From Octopus vulgaris (Eukaryota): a DNA stretch of 64,000 nucleotides. The notes below the pieces were generated by a model. It was not told the DNA's origin and did not search any database. It was given only the letters and a program-made list of their open reading frames with translations. A program made the translations under genes and the position numbers. Below, piece after piece: positions 12,401-28,200 of the stretch (position 1 is its first letter; each line of letters begins with the position of its first letter). The stretch is from assembly GCA_951406725.2 (NCBI GenBank), contig OX597815.1, positions 93,682,001 through 93,746,000 of the forward strand, in the 5' to 3' direction.

Positions 12401-15400
12401 CCTTGTAAAGGGTCTTGGCTGTTGCCCCTCCTCCTCTAAGTGTTGAGAATTTAGAAAGGTTTGAGAGATTTTGTTGATATATTTCTAGTAGAGTAAATAA
12501 CCACATAGATGTCCCCTTTCTCTCAAATTACCTATGTTAATATATCTTGCAACGTTAATTCTGCAACAAGCACCACTATACTGGACTAGGCTTGGCATGT
12601 AGAGGGTGGTGTTAGATATTGTCAGTTCCCTTAGAGAGAGAAGTGGTTATACATAATTTTGTTGTGAGAGAGATAGCGGGAAAGAGTAATAATTGGAAAT
12701 GGCAGAGATAATTCAGTTGAATTCAATAGTCTTTCATCTGTGAATCCAATAAAATTAAAGATGTTGTTTCTCCTCCCTTGACTCCTTTTGACCAGATGAT
12801 ACAGTAATACATAGTTTAGTATATTAACTACAATTACTGATCAAATCAACTAACTCTTTCTGAAGCTGTTCATTGGGAATATGTCAACACATAAAAACTG
12901 CAGTCCTTCTCATCATGCTGAACACCAGTCTTTCTTTTCCTTCACATGCATCTCTCTCTCTCTCTCTGCATCTCTTTCATCTTCCTTGTCCCACTTCCCT
13001 TTCAAAACCACTGATTTGAAATAAATCTTCAACCACTGTCTTCCACAGATATTTCCCCGACTTCTTGCTTCTTTCTCCATCTCTTTGATGTCTAATCTTT
13101 GTAATACATCAGATGAGATCATCTTGTTAGCTTCATTAACCAAGTGATAATAGTCTGAATTAATTGGTGAAACTAATAATGATATCAGACTAATCATAAT
13201 AAAATTCTGTTTTCTAACATCTCTATTTGTCTATATCTGTATGTTTATTTATTTGTCTATTTTTATCAGTCTACATCTCTGTTTATTTGTTAATCTGTCA
13301 CTATATGCGACATTGACATCTATAAACATATCCTTTCAAGGTGGAGTGAGATGGGCTTTTTTAATATTATTTTTAATCTTATTAAAATAATTTTATATAC
13401 AGGATGCGGTGAATATATTGTCATCTAAATTACGCAAAAATGAAAATAACACTGACATCTCATTTTAACAGATATATTTACAAAAATTACATAAAAATAT
13501 CTCGAAATACTAAAGAGTAAATTTATGTAATAAAATCACCATTGGCTTCAACCACGACCTCGAGACGACTTTAGAATCTCCTGCAACTCTTTTGGACTGA
13601 CTCCTTGTTTAAGTTGGTGAATGTTACCATAATCCTTGCTTTCCATTCATCTGTTACAAGGAGTTTTGTTGGTCTCTCATTCAACTGTGGCCCCACACAT
13701 AATAAGGGGTTTGAAGTCTGGGGAGTTAGGGGTGATGTGGTTGCAGAAATTGTCTGATAGCCATGACTGGGTTCTCCTGCTTGTGAGGCATGGTGCAGTC
13801 CTGTTGCCAGGTATAGGGTCTTCCAGCAGCCACCCTCATGACCTAGGGCAGCACTACCTCCTCCAGGCATTTGACGTAGGGCTTCCATGTTGAATCTGAG
13901 ACTGTGTGAGAAGATGAATGGAGGCATAATGTTGCCATAACTAGTGATCATTCCAGATACCATGATGTTGACTGGGTGTTTGATTTTTTTTTTTTATCAC
14001 TCTTGGTACATGTTTTAGGGATACTGCAAGCCAACGGTTGTTCTGTGTATTCACCATTTGTTCATATTGGAGCTTCCAGCACAAATGCCAAGCAGTACAG
14101 CATGTCATTTCCAAATTTCTGGCCAAGTGAATTACGTCATGATGCTGTTTTTCTCACAGATGGTGCCCAACTGATCCTACTATACTACGTAGTTGACAAA
14201 ATCAAAGATAATGCACATGCATGAAATTGAAAATATAAAATAGCGACAATTTACTCATTGCACCCCATATATTGTCAAAGAATATTTGGGAGTTCACTTA
14301 TTACATTTGTTTATCCCAAATCAGTCTTGATATAGCAAACCTATGATCAGAAGCATTCCAACTGTATTCATCTTGTTTTTAATCTTTGTAATCATGTAGT
14401 GTTCTGGGTTTGAATCCACTGCACAGTGCTTTATGCATAGAAAATAGGGGCTTTATCTCAAGTGGAGAAGAGGTAGCAATAAATGAAAAAAAAAATATAA
14501 GATATAAATTTAATTTCTAGCATTGGCTTGAGGTCACATATAGTGGAGGTTTGTAGTCCATTGAAATGTCTTGGGTACTTTTTGGTATAATAATCAATGA
14601 GAGAGCCTTTGCATTGTCACTCAACTTTATAAACAACAGAAACATACACTCTGAGCCAATGAGAGAACCTCTACATAGCCACTTACCTTACTAGAAATAA
14701 CAATCAAATTTCCCTCATCTCACACCCTACTATTTTAAAAAAGGGTAGTAGACTAATCAGATAAACAGACAGGATGCTCAAAGTTATTTTATTTCCGTAT
14801 TGGTAAACAGTAGTGTTATTGGTTTCAGTTTTTGATTGAGCCAATCACTAGTCATTGCATATCTGTAACTTGGTGCGGAATATATGTCATAAAGGACTTG
14901 GTTTCAAGAGCACCAAGCGATCAGTTTTGTCGCCAGTGTTTACATCCTTCACCAGTGTATTTAGGTGAAAGATACAAACACGGAAGTATGCACACAGTAT
15001 GTACTTCTATGTAGTTTCCATTTATGAAGTTCCACTCAAAGGCTTTTGTTGACTTTTGGTAGTGATAAAAGACATTAGTTCAAGGTGTCAAACAGGTGGA
15101 TCAGATTTAAAATCACATGTTTGCACATCTTTGATTGGATATCAGTTTCATTACAGTTGACCTAAGATAAACAATAACAGTATAACAAGCTTAGCACTGA
15201 GGATTTTAGCTAAAATTAGTGTGCAATGTATTTATATGGCGGTGCCCCAGCATGGCCACAGCTTGTGAGCTGAAACTAGATAAAATAAATAAATATCTAG
15301 ACATAATGCATATTCATTAAAATATATATATATATATATATATCATCATCATCATTGTTTAACGTCCGCTTTCCATGCTAGCATGGGTTGGACGATTTGA

Positions 15401-15736
15401 CTGAGGTCTGGCAAACCAGACTCCAATCTGATCTGGCAGAGTTTCTACAGCTGGATGCCCTTCCTAACGCCAACCACTCCGAGAGTGTAGTGGGTGCTTT
15501 TACGTGCCACCGGCACGAGGGCCAGTTTGGTGGTACTGGCAATGGCCATGCTCAAATGGTGCTTTTTATGTGCTACCTGCACAGGAGCCAGTCCAGCAGC
15601 TCTGGCAACGACCTCGCTTGAATGTTTTTCATGTGCAACCAGCACAAGTGCTAGTAAGGCGACGCAGGTAACAATCACGCTCGAATGGTGTTTTTAACGT
15701 GCCATCAGTACGAAGGCCAGCTTGTTGCTCTGGCAA

Positions 15737-15773
<37 letters not shown>

Positions 15774-15860
15774 CATACATACATACATACATACATACAT
15801 ACATACATACATACATACATACATACATACATACATACATACATACATACATACATACAT

Positions 15861-15912
<52 letters not shown>

Positions 15913-18086
15913 ACACATATGCAATCTATTCCAATTGAATTATATACACTTGATGATTGAAATTCTTATGCAATTAACTGAATTTTCCTAGTTGTCAATA
16001 AATTAACAAGATGTCAATATATCTTTTCAGCTGCAATGAGAGTGTTGCTATGTTACGCACATTTATGGATTACATAATAAAACAAAAATAAATTCTAGTA
16101 CACTTTGTGTACACAATCTATTTATGCTTCACTCAGTTCAAATATATTGATGGGCATCAATATGACAATTGCTTATCCACTTTGAGGTTTTCCTCCAATT
16201 GCCTTTGATGTTCTTCAATTACTCAAGCTTAGTCAGATTTATGTCCTCTCAATGAATTTCACACACTTTGAATTAATCAATGATAACAACTAGAGCCATG
16301 CTAGTTAAGAAAACTTAAATTGGGTTAGTAACAGGCTAATGTAGTCAATAATGAAAACAATAAAACAGTGTTCATTCACTGATTTATTCAAACTGTCTTT
16401 TTACAAATTCCTCTCTAAAAAAAGATTCATTTATTGAAGATACATATTATCCAATTAAAAATAAGAAAAATATTTGATAGTCTTTAATTCTTTAAAACAG
16501 TATGAATAATCTTAATACATTTGCTGTTATTACTGTTGGTTTTTTGTAAATATAAAGTACTGACTACTGTTAGTAGTCATTAAAACTCATTAAGACAGAA
16601 GCTTTCTGAATCATTTAATTCACATCGTATCAAATCAAATAGATATTCTCAATTTTATGCTGCATTTCACCAATTTTTTTTAGCTCAAAGTCGAAAATTT
16701 CTTATGCAATTAGCCAGTCAATTTTACATAGATTTGATGATAAATGGTTTGGTGCTTTGAAAAGTTATGCAATTAAGTGGAACTGACCATGCATGTTTTA
16801 TCCATATTTTCTTTATGTTGTATATTCGAAGTTCACTCTTTCTATTCATTTCCTTCACATAAACATTGGCCATAAATAACCTTGGCTAACTTAATTAGTC
16901 ATAGAGCAGTCTCAGTGGATAAATACCTTATTTAGATGAATGAAAATATACTATGCATAGTCAATGAGTGTCTATTTACCATGTGTGTGTGTGTGTGTGT
17001 GTGTGTCAGTCCTTCTAACTCTTGTCTTCCGCATAAAATGTATATGGTTTCATGATGATGACGATATGTATGTATGTGGTTGTGGTTAAGATGCTTGCTT
17101 TACAACCGCATGGTTTCAGGTCCAGTCCCAATGTGTGGCATGTTGGGCAAGAATATGTGTGTCAAGGTGAATGTTTACAATCTGTGATGTCTTCACTTGA
17201 AGTTGCTCAAGCAAAAGCAGTTGACAAATTTCTCTGTCAACAAATTTCTCTGCAGCTCAATGTTAAGTGGAATAAACATTCTTGGCTTGAAAAATGAGTG
17301 TTCACATGAAGAGCATCATCTAAATGTCAAACAATGCCTCAGCTATATGCCATCATCCAACCTATGCTAGCATGGAAATCAGATGTTAAATGAACAAATA
17401 AATCTGAAACACAATCTCCTTCACAGGCAAAACTTTTCTTTTACATGTTTTAGTTGTGAGAAAAATATGAAAGTCTAAATAATGTAATATTACTTCATTT
17501 CAAAGAAAGAATTTATCTTAGTAATGCTAGATGTTCTGTTATAAACGCATTAGTTGTAAATTGTGTACCCCCCCCCCACTCACACACACATCATAGCTAT
17601 GTGGTTAAGATGTTCAGTTCACTACCATGTAATTCTGTGTATAGTTTGAGTGCTTGGCATCTTAGGCATGTCTCTCTTAGTACAATCTTAGAACATTGGA
17701 ACAGTTGAAGACTTGTGAATAAAATTCGTTTGATGGAAACTGTGTAGAAGCCTCTCAAACATGTGATTGTATGTATCAGTGAAGAATTGTAGTATTAGTT
17801 GCATCAAACAAAAACCCTTGTGGTATTTGGTTATATCTCATTTTCATTCTGTTATGGACTAACTGACATAGATTGCCATCCTTTATGAATTGTATGATCG
17901 TACGAATTGTAGATAGTACTTCTATTTTGCACTAAAAAACTACGCAACCAGATCATGTATTCTAAATATTGATTAATGCATAAAGTCTAATACAGAACTT
18001 GTCTGTTTCTAATGACCTTGGAGCTGACAAGATCCAATTAGGTTAAAATTAGGATTCTTCAGTTAAATACGCAATCCTTCCCCAAC

Positions 18087-18117
<31 letters not shown>

Positions 18118-21100
18118 CACCAAAATTGTTTTAGAGCCATTTGAACAAGTCTAGCCACTTGTCATCATCCTGGTACTTAGAAAAAAATAAGGGAGGAGTG
18201 GCTGTGTAGTAAGAAGCTTGCTTCTCAACCACATAGTTCCGGATTCAGTACCACTGTGTTGCACCTTGGGCATGTGACTTCTACTATAGCCTTGGGCCGA
18301 CCAAAGCCTTGTGAGTGGATTTGGTAGACGGAAACTGAAAGAAGCCTGTCATGTGTGTGTGTGTTTGTCCCCCTACCATTGCTTGACAACCAGTGTTGGT
18401 GTGTTTATGTTCCTGTAACATGGCAGGTCAGCAAAAGAGACTGATACGTAATGGATAATAAGCATAGGTGTAGCTGTGTGGTATGAAGCTTGCTTCTCAA
18501 CCACATGGTTCCTGGTTCAGTCCCACTGTGTGGCACTTTGGGCGAGTGTCTTCTATAACCTAAGACTTACCCAATCCTTGTGAGTGGATTTGATAGAGGT
18601 GTGTTTTTGTGTTTGTCTTCTACCACCACTTGACAACAAGTGTCAGTGTGTTTACATTCTCATAACTTAGCAGTTCCATAAGATATTGATAGAATAAGTA
18701 CTAGGCTTTAAAAAAAAAGATAAGTACTGGGGTTGATTCATTCCACTAAAAATTCTTAAGGCAGTGTCCCAGCATGACCACACTCTAATGACTGAAACAA
18801 ATAAAAGATAAAGGATTTACATAGATTACATAATTTTAGGCGTACATGGTTGAGCTCCTTTCAAGTGTTTGGCCTCACAGAGGCAATGACCAAGGCATTC
18901 ATTATTCCATCAGTTTTTACCAAACCCAACTATTGACTGACAAATGAATGTAGGCATTACTGGTGTATTATTTTATTGTAGGTTTTAAACGTATTTCAGC
19001 TCTTTCTCCCACTCTTTGTCTTGTCTTACATATTGCCTTCTTTTTGAAAAGAAAAATCTCAAATTTAGAATACTCTCTGTTTAGCATATTTTTCTGTTGA
19101 TCAGTATCCTTTGTGTGTTGTGACATATGTAAGCCTTTTTACTTATTCTCTTTTCATGAGTTCTGTTTCTTTTTTAGCCATATGGCCATTGACGATCATT
19201 TTACTTTAGTGCTCTTTTAATGGTTGAAGGACAAACTTCTGGTTTGCAGATTTGGGCTGTCGCTGAGGACAAATGACTAGATTTGCTTCTATCTGCTAGT
19301 AATGTATGCTTTAGATACTTAACATTTATTTTGAATAGTTTTAATGATCTTCCATGTCTTGTCTTCAAATCCCCATGTTCCTCTTCTTGTTTTGAATTCC
19401 ATGATAGAACATCTTTAAATCCCAAATCTAGTTTTTGATATTTCAGATTGAGACATTCCTTGTTTTTGATAAAAGATACCTTAAGCTTGGTTTCAATTGA
19501 ACCTTAGACATCTTCACACTTTACCTGTGTATCTTGGTTTCACCAGTATAGGAAATGGGACACTGTTCAATTTGAACCTTGGACTTGTTTTATAGAATTA
19601 CAACTCTACAGATGAGCTTCCTGGTCTTACAACCAGTAACATTATATATCTATAACAACAATGTTATATCTTATATCTTATATGAAGTCAGTACATTGTA
19701 TGGTATTTATATTACAGTTCATGCTCAAAGTTGGTTAAAAATACCTAAATAACATCTGTCTAAGACTTTTACACAGTAGTGTGTGTGTGTATTGTTAGGC
19801 TCGCATTTCTGTTGAGTTATATAACCTCAAAATTGTTTTAGAGCAAGCTAGAAAAATTTTCTTATATTAGTGTCTGTGTGTACCCTTATGTGTATATATG
19901 CTTGTATACACACATGTATGGGTATGTAATGTGTGTGTTTGTGTATATACATATATACTTATACATTTTACTCTAGCATTCTGTGTGTGTGTGTGCATGT
20001 ATATATAGTGCATATGTATATAATGTGTTACATAGTGTACTGTATTAAATATGTGGATGTAGTATTGTGCATTATGCAGGGAGTGTAATGTATCTGTGTG
20101 TATACTGTTATGCATCATTCAGGAAATGTGTGTGTTGTAATTGTACAGTAATAACACTGTTGCTTACTGAACTTTGCTGGAAATAGTAACAAACTGTTTA
20201 TTCCAAAAGCCACATATATATGTAATATATATATAAGACATGTGGATGGGTGTCTTAGTAAATTCTATTGAACATTGTGTGTTTGTTCTTAGCATACTCT
20301 CATTTTCTCTTAGTATTAAAATACTTCCATCTCTTGAAGTGTGTCATGTGTTGGACATTTACCTTAGCTAGAAAACAGCATAAGTTAGTTTTTCTGAAAT
20401 TGGACATGACATACAGTGTCACTATAGATTCATTTCTCTCCCTTTTTCTTGCTCTTTTTCTTTGTCTCTCTTCCTTCATCTTATATATTTTTTGTTGTAT
20501 TAGATTTTTTTTTTTATACAGCCATGGTTAGTACGGTTTGTTGGGCATTTGTTTATGTTGTTTTTGACAGTTGTATGGCTGCCATGTCCTTATTATTAAT
20601 TTCTACAGCCATTAAGTAGATATTACTGGTGATGTGTTGACTATGCTCTGCTAAGAAACTCTAACAAAACTGCAACATGTCCTCAGTTGTTACTATACAA
20701 TCCAAAAATTAGACATATTCTTTCTTTCCTCCCTTTCACACATTTTATAATTTTCAGTCAGCTGACATTTCATGAGTTCTCTCTCTTGTCCCTTTTCAGA
20801 ATAATTTTCATTAATGCTAATGACTTTTCATTCCAATTATAGTTTCACTTAACTATTATTTTCAGTTCCCCGTTTTAAATATAGTAGCCTACACTTAGAT
20901 ATATGTTTTTCATGCAGAAAGGTACCTTTGAGAAATTTTCTGGTAACCTGCAGGTCAACTATCAAAACTTAGGCAAATGGAGTTACATCATTTAGTAGTT
21001 GCAGTTGTTTGATATCCAACAGAATAGTAAAAATATTTTGTTTCCTTCCTCTACAAAGTATAAGTATGCTCCAGACTAAGAGATATAGGGGACAGATTAG

Positions 21101-24100
21101 CTAATGTTTGTTTGCTGCTATATTACTGTCTCAACAACCCTGATGTGCTGTGTCCTCTTTCTTTCTCGCTCTCTTAGTTACAGGGTGGATTTAGGACTAA
21201 ACAAAAAGAACCCTTACCTGGTTATAATTTTAATAAGGGTACATTGTGCTAATTAAATTTGCAGACTGTGTATGTAGAACAGCATTACCTTTGTTTTTTG
21301 AGACAGTATAGTATGTTGATATTTCTACTCGGTTAAGAAACCAGAGGCTATCTTGTTGAAGATAGTGTTTAATAAATGGTTCCTACATAAAAGAACGGTG
21401 GGATTTTAAACTATAGAAACCTTGTATTATCCATTTTGTAATGAAACAAGATTTCAGTCAGAATACAACTGTTAACAGCCTATCCAGCCCTAATCAAGCA
21501 GAGGCTTATGATCAAAAGCATTGTAGCTATGGCCACCCTGTCTTTATTCAGACATAATGTATCTTGGATGAAATACACTTCTTTTTAGACAATAGATTAT
21601 GATTTGAAGGAGACTTGATAGTTATTTCTTGCAGGTTTAGCTATTATACATAGGCTTTTGCATTGACTTGACATAAAAATTAAGTGGTTATTTGTAGGAA
21701 TGGAATCTAGCTGTAAAAGAACAATTCTTCTAACATGGAAGTGTTAAAATGTCTCAGAGAAACAATGTCAGCTGATTGATAAACATGGAATAAAAGCACA
21801 CACCTGTGATAAATGGTACCATACTTGGGGTCAAGTTCTCCCCCCCCTCTCTCTCTCCCTCTCTCTCAACTAAAATTCAGAGGCCCAGCCTTGTGTGAGT
21901 AATTTCACTTCAAACCATCAAAAGTCATTCACTCTGCTGGCAGGCAATTATTGTTCAAATCATACCTTACAGTCCTAATAGAGGAATGGCTGGTTGGGTA
22001 AAATATTCTTAAATATGTAATGTCTAAAAATAAAACAGGATGGTCATGACAGGAATGCCTTTGATCTGGACTGATTTGGTGCAAAACAATAACATAGCTT
22101 CAAACTGTCAAACAAGTGACTGTAAAGTTACTTAGTCTCTCTCTCTCTCTCATATTTTCATTGATATTCTATGAAGAGAACTGGTTAAAGTTAATATTGC
22201 TTCTAAATTTAGGCCAGTCTAATCAATAGGGATGAAAGGAAATCTATGCTGAATTGTTTCTATTATTCTCCTCATATAATTATTGATTTATTATATTAAA
22301 GACTGAGAAAATCAACTGTTTAGAACAAGGATTTCTTCTCATTCTATAGAAAGAATAAATAAATAAATCAAAATAAAATTACAACATCCAAGACACCCAT
22401 CCCACATTAAGTGAGAATGTGTGTGTTTGTATATGTATATATATAAATATATATTTTAATTTAAAGAATTCTTGTTTTCTTTTTACACATAGACACAGGA
22501 AGCGCAGAGTAACAATAAAGTGAATCATTAGCTTTGTGTGAATAAACTTTGCGGAGATATATTCACTACTTCCATTTATATATCCAAATGTACTTGCACC
22601 CCCCTCCCCCACACACACACACACTCACACAAACAGGAACTACAGAGAAACACTTCAAAATTTCAGATCTGTTGTCAGAAGCTGTTAATGTCAGATATAT
22701 ATATATATATATATACACACGCACACACACACACACATGTATGTATGTATGTATCTATGTCAAAACAAAGGAAGAGCTATGTGACTAGAACTTGTGATAT
22801 TGCAGGTTCTGATCTAATTACACCTGTCTTCTGAAATAATTATACCCAGCCGGTGCTGAGTCAATCAGTAGAAAATTGCTGTTGCAGATAATTTTCCTAA
22901 TGATCCTGAGTTGATGGAAGGAGGAAAACACTGTTGTTGTTGGTTAACAGCTGCTGTTTAGTTTGTGTATTCGTTAGTATTAATTGTTAATTACACACAC
23001 ATTATACATATTGTTCATTAGGTTCTGTTGTAACTGCACATGCCTGTATGTGCCTTGTTTCTCTTCCTCCATTTTCAGTCATTGAATAATGAAGTGTTGG
23101 CAATGAGGAAGAGCAGAAAGAAATAGTCATTGAGGCTCTTTCATTCTTCCTGATATGACTTTTTAGTCTTTTGATTATATATCATATTCAGCTTTTCCGC
23201 CTCTAATGAAGATGTGGCTCTGTGGGTTGGATTGTTGCCTATACTTCAAATATTTTGGTCATGGTCTATGCAGATCACAACATTTTGTGTTTAAGTCTAT
23301 ACCTTGAAAAATTTGATTTCCCAATAGGTTAGCTTTGTATGTCAGAAACAACCCAACAGACTAGATTTTATCTATGAGAAATAACCCAATAGGAACAAGC
23401 ATTAAATGAAGTTTCTAAGTTTTTCTACTTGGTTATCAAGTCAGGTGTTTGATATATATATTTTTTCTGACACCTTATCTCATTAATTGATATCTTACAC
23501 CTGATATATTTTCATATACCAGACATCTGTTTACTTTACAACTGGAACTAATTTGGTTACTTTTAGTATCTTATATCTATTTCTTCCTGATAATATTGGT
23601 TTGGATGATATTTTACAGCACTGTCCAAACTATAAACTGATTGTGGTACTCTCAGAATTCTTCATTTAATGTCTATATGTTTTGACAAGAACACAGTATT
23701 CTTATTAATACATGTTGTTATATATTCTAATGGTGTATTATTTTCAAAATGGAAAAGATAATTAGATTTGGGAAGAATTGTAAAGGCCAGACCCAAGAAT
23801 ATTTTGAAGTTTCAGAGTGAGAAACTGAAAAAAAAAAAAGGTGCATTTCTGATCTCCCTCATTAAAAGAAAAGAAAAGTTAGTGTTAAGATAGTAACAGT
23901 GATGATAAATTCCAGTTTCTACCCATCTCTCTCCCTCTCTTTCTCTCTCTCTCTCTCTCTGTTTACTAATAACTTCGTGATATTCTGTTATTTATAACTT
24001 TTCTGTAGTAAATATTTGTCTCTGTTAATTTTTCAAATAAAAGTCTGTTAACAGGAGCATTAAAAATCTATTAGGTTTCATCCTTCTTGATGAAGTAGTC

Positions 24101-25182
24101 TTGTGAAAACCACTAAGTAGGTGTATAATAAAATACATGAATAGGTTTGATAATTAGCATATTTTAGAAACTAAATTACTGCAGGAAATGACAACAGTTC
24201 TCTTAATACAGTTTTATAAATTTGGCCATTCTGAGTGTCCAGTTTCACTGATGTATTCAAATAACATAGCTGTGTGACTAAGAAATTTGCTTTATGATTA
24301 AGACCAACTATTTTGGGTTCAGTACCACTGTCGTACCTTGGATTAGTAGTGTCTTCCACTATAGTTGCAGATTGAACAATATCTTATGAAATTTTGCAGA
24401 TCCAAATTGTATAGAAGCTCACTCTGTGTGTGTGTGTGTACTTGTCTTTGCATGTCTTCACATGTTCACTATTTGCACACAAATGGTGACCTTTGCATCT
24501 CTTGTAAATTATGTCCTGCAGCTTGCTAGTTTCAACATGGGAAGACCAGTCGAATAAAAAAAACCTTATTTGAAAAATGAGTTGGTGCTGTCATCATAAT
24601 TTAACATCCACTTTTCATGTTTGCATGGGTCACTCAAAATTTGTTGAGAGATTTCTCTAGTCAGATGCCCTTCCTGTTACCTGCCATCACCTGGTTCCCA
24701 TGACTAGACATGTTTTTCACTAAAAATGGGAAATAATCGACCTCACTTGTATGACGTTAATACTTGTGCTTACAACTATCATGTGATGTTAAGGTAAAAG
24801 TGCATGCGCGCGCGCGCACACACACACACATACAAACAGGCTCCTTCCAGTTTCCACCGACCAAATCCTTCCACAGGGCTTTGGTCAACTGAGGGTTAGA
24901 ACAAAAGATACTTGCTCAAGGTGCCATGCAGTGGGAATGAACTCAAGGCCTAATGATTAGGAAACCCGTCTCAATGAATCTTGTTCCGTTCATATCATAG
25001 GAAAAGTGGATGTAAAATGATAACTCATCATTCAGTGTTTGGTACTCCTTGCTTTATTCTGTCATTCACCCCAGTTAGTGTTCCTTGATACATAATTACA
25101 ATTTCTTTATTTTTCTTTACTTTTCTTTACAACTTTTGACAAGTTGTGGTGCACCTGAGCACTGTATACAATAATTTCATTA

Positions 25183-25214
<32 letters not shown>

Positions 25215-28200
25215 GCTGGGTCTGGAAGAAGAAACAATGCCCATGGCCTTCATTACCCTCTTAAACCAGTGAGCTTGATGCAATTAATGTCCCACTTCAA
25301 CCTTTGTTAGTTAACACTTTCAAGAAAAGACATGAGCTGGGAGGAAGTTCCAAAGGATTGACATTCTGAGTAGAAAGGACTGGACATAGTGGTTAATGCA
25401 GTGCTTAGGAAGTTGGACACAACAAAGGTGATGAGGAGAGCAAAATTGGTCAGGAATGTTTGAGTGAGAGTGGCTTGAGCTTTGCTAGTTCTAGGGTCAT
25501 TATACTATAAGTAGATAAGAGAAAAAGAGGAAACTGCATACTTGTGGGCCAGAGGCTGGAATATATCTGTGAGTGGATAATCTGTGTTAGCAAAAATTGT
25601 ATTAGAATTAAAAATTATGGTATGAGGTAAATTAGATACTAATGTTACGTATTTTCTAGATGCTGTTTTAAAGTCAGTCTCCGCTTCCTATAAAACCATA
25701 ACTTACATCCTTTGAGTCAATAGGGGGAGCCTTCATGTGAATTTTTAATTTGTTAGAAAATAGCATACAAATCTCTTTTAAATCTCACTGCTTTACAAAA
25801 GAAATTACACATTGGGTAATGAAATCCTAGATAAATGGACATGACTTGAATTCCTATTATCATGAATTTTTCAGTTGGGATTGACCTGCAGCCAAAAATC
25901 TGCAAGTTAATGTAACTGTTGAATTTTTTTCATTCCAATTTTTTTATAAAAGTTACTTGTCTTGTGGTTTATCTAATTGTTATACTTTTTGCCCTTTAGC
26001 CCTTTAGCATTTAAACCAGCCAGATCCAGCCCAAATATTCTACCTGTTTTATATTCAAACTAATCAGATCCAGCCTTTCACACTTACCCTATAATGTTAT
26101 TCTAAAACAATCACATCATCGAAATCTTGAATCTACGAGATAATGCATGATTATCCTAATTCAAATTCAAAACAATTTGAATAAATATAAATTACGTTTG
26201 ATAAAATAATCTGAACACTAAAGGGTTAACAAAGGCTTTTGCAAGAAAAAACTTCTTAAAACTTGGTTAGACCAACATTATGAACCTGATCATTTGCCCT
26301 TTGATTGAGCTGCTAGTTGTCTTATTATGTAGCTAATGTTAGAGGTTATTATTTAGTTCCAAGTTATCTTTCATGTAGTAATCCTATGTTGAAAGCATAC
26401 CATCTTTATAGACAATGTTTCTCAGACTACATTATCCAATGTTTCTTTCCTTTTTCTTAAGGTAGTGAGATATTGTTTAAGGGAATTTAGCTGCCATATC
26501 TAAAAGGTTGATTCATCTAGTAGACTGTTGGCTCGTGATGTAAGAGGTTTTATTGCTCTCTGCTCTTGCTTCCACTTTTAGAATACAAACATATGTTACC
26601 CCAGATATAACACACTATGACACTGCTGTAGGTTATCATGGGTGGGGAGGTTGCACTGCAGGCAATCTCCTGCCGCCCTTCCCAGGTAGGCAGTAAGTGC
26701 AAGATTTTATTTGTGGAGATGGTAAATATCAATTGTGACATTCATACTTTTACTGGAAGTATCAGCAATTGCTTCAACCAGAAACAGAGCCAACTTACTA
26801 GTTGCTTATCTTCTTAGGTGAATTTACTCTGATATTCAAGCAAGTAAAGGAACCATTATACGGTTGCTTGACCTGCTAGAAAAAGCAGCCAAGTTTACGC
26901 CATAACATCTTAAGGAAAAAAAAAACGTTGGTTAATGTAGATCTAGATATACAAAAAGCTGGATTGATCATGACTGGAACACCTTGGATCATAAGTCTAC
27001 TTAGTCAGGGCTTATGTGAAGCTAAACAACAGAAACATTTCCTTCCCTTTTTCTAATTGTGTACATTCTACCTCACTGTAGTAGTATGTGATAGGCTAAT
27101 TACACCAGTAATACTTAACTGTTTCAAGCAAGGAAGGATACACTGAATAATATAATCTGAAAAAAGACAAGATTCTTATGGCTGGGATGCATTTGACCAT
27201 AGGGCTGCTAGATCAGGCATGGGGTTAAATCTAAATGGCAGCTGATATCCCAGAACGTTAACCACTTTGGTACCACAACAAATTGCTGTTCTGACCAAGA
27301 ACTGTATTAATTGCATGAATTTCCTCTGATTTTTTCTTCTAATACATAATTCTATATTATCAGACTACATGATGACACCACATTAACATCATTTATTCGT
27401 TTGTTCCTCTACATAATGTTCTAGATAAATGTGATGTCAATATTGATTCCTTAAATTTCTCTCTCTCTCACTCTTCCTCATTTTTTTTCTCAAGAATATA
27501 TTGGCAGGGAAAGGACACTGCATGTCTTGGCCAATCAATTGGATATTGTTTTTGTATTTGTGTGTATATGTGTAATAGCTTTACCATTTCAGATATGTGA
27601 GCAGTAGTTTGAGGGTCAGCAAATGATCAGGGATAAAATCTTTTCTGGCCTTAAAGAGGAAATCTAGTTGTTATGTTATGTATTCTGCAATGTTTAATAT
27701 ATGTGAGGTTGCTGTGAGAGATCATAAGATTGTGACTTTGAGTCGTATTAGTCGTGTGTCATTCATATGAGCAAGGCATGTTATGGTGTTTTCTGAGATA
27801 GAGAGGGAGGAGACAAAAGATTCTAACAACACATTGGCATGTTATGTATGATTGTGTGTGTGTGTGTGTCAATTGTTATTTAACCTCAAGCTGGTCCTGT
27901 GATGAAAGACATTTTGGCTATGATCATCCTGTTTTTCTTTCTAGCTTTATATATCCAGAATTATCCACATTATTCAGTTTCCTTTTCAAAACTGTAGGTA
28001 TAGATGAATGCATTGTTTGTGCGTTACTATCGCCTTGCCTTAACGTTATGGGATAATTGTAAGCAAGCATTCCTGTCGTGCAAACGGTAACCTTTGTTTC
28101 CAATCTTTTTAAGATGTGTCTGGTCATGGAAAAGTATTACCTTACTTGGAAACAAGTGAGGCTGGCAACTGGAAGGGCATCTGGCTGTAAAAAGTCTGCC

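Noticed and set aside
12913-13197. 94-aa charged ORF on the minus strand as a possible nested gene exon
   Set aside because: Its composition is explained by CT-rich low-complexity DNA; no domain or partner exons found. Nested genes in intron 1 cannot be fully excluded without RNA data.
15629-15991. Several overlapping ORFs rich in YI/HT/CMYV
   Set aside because: They are translations of (TA)n(TACA)n(CA)n microsatellites.
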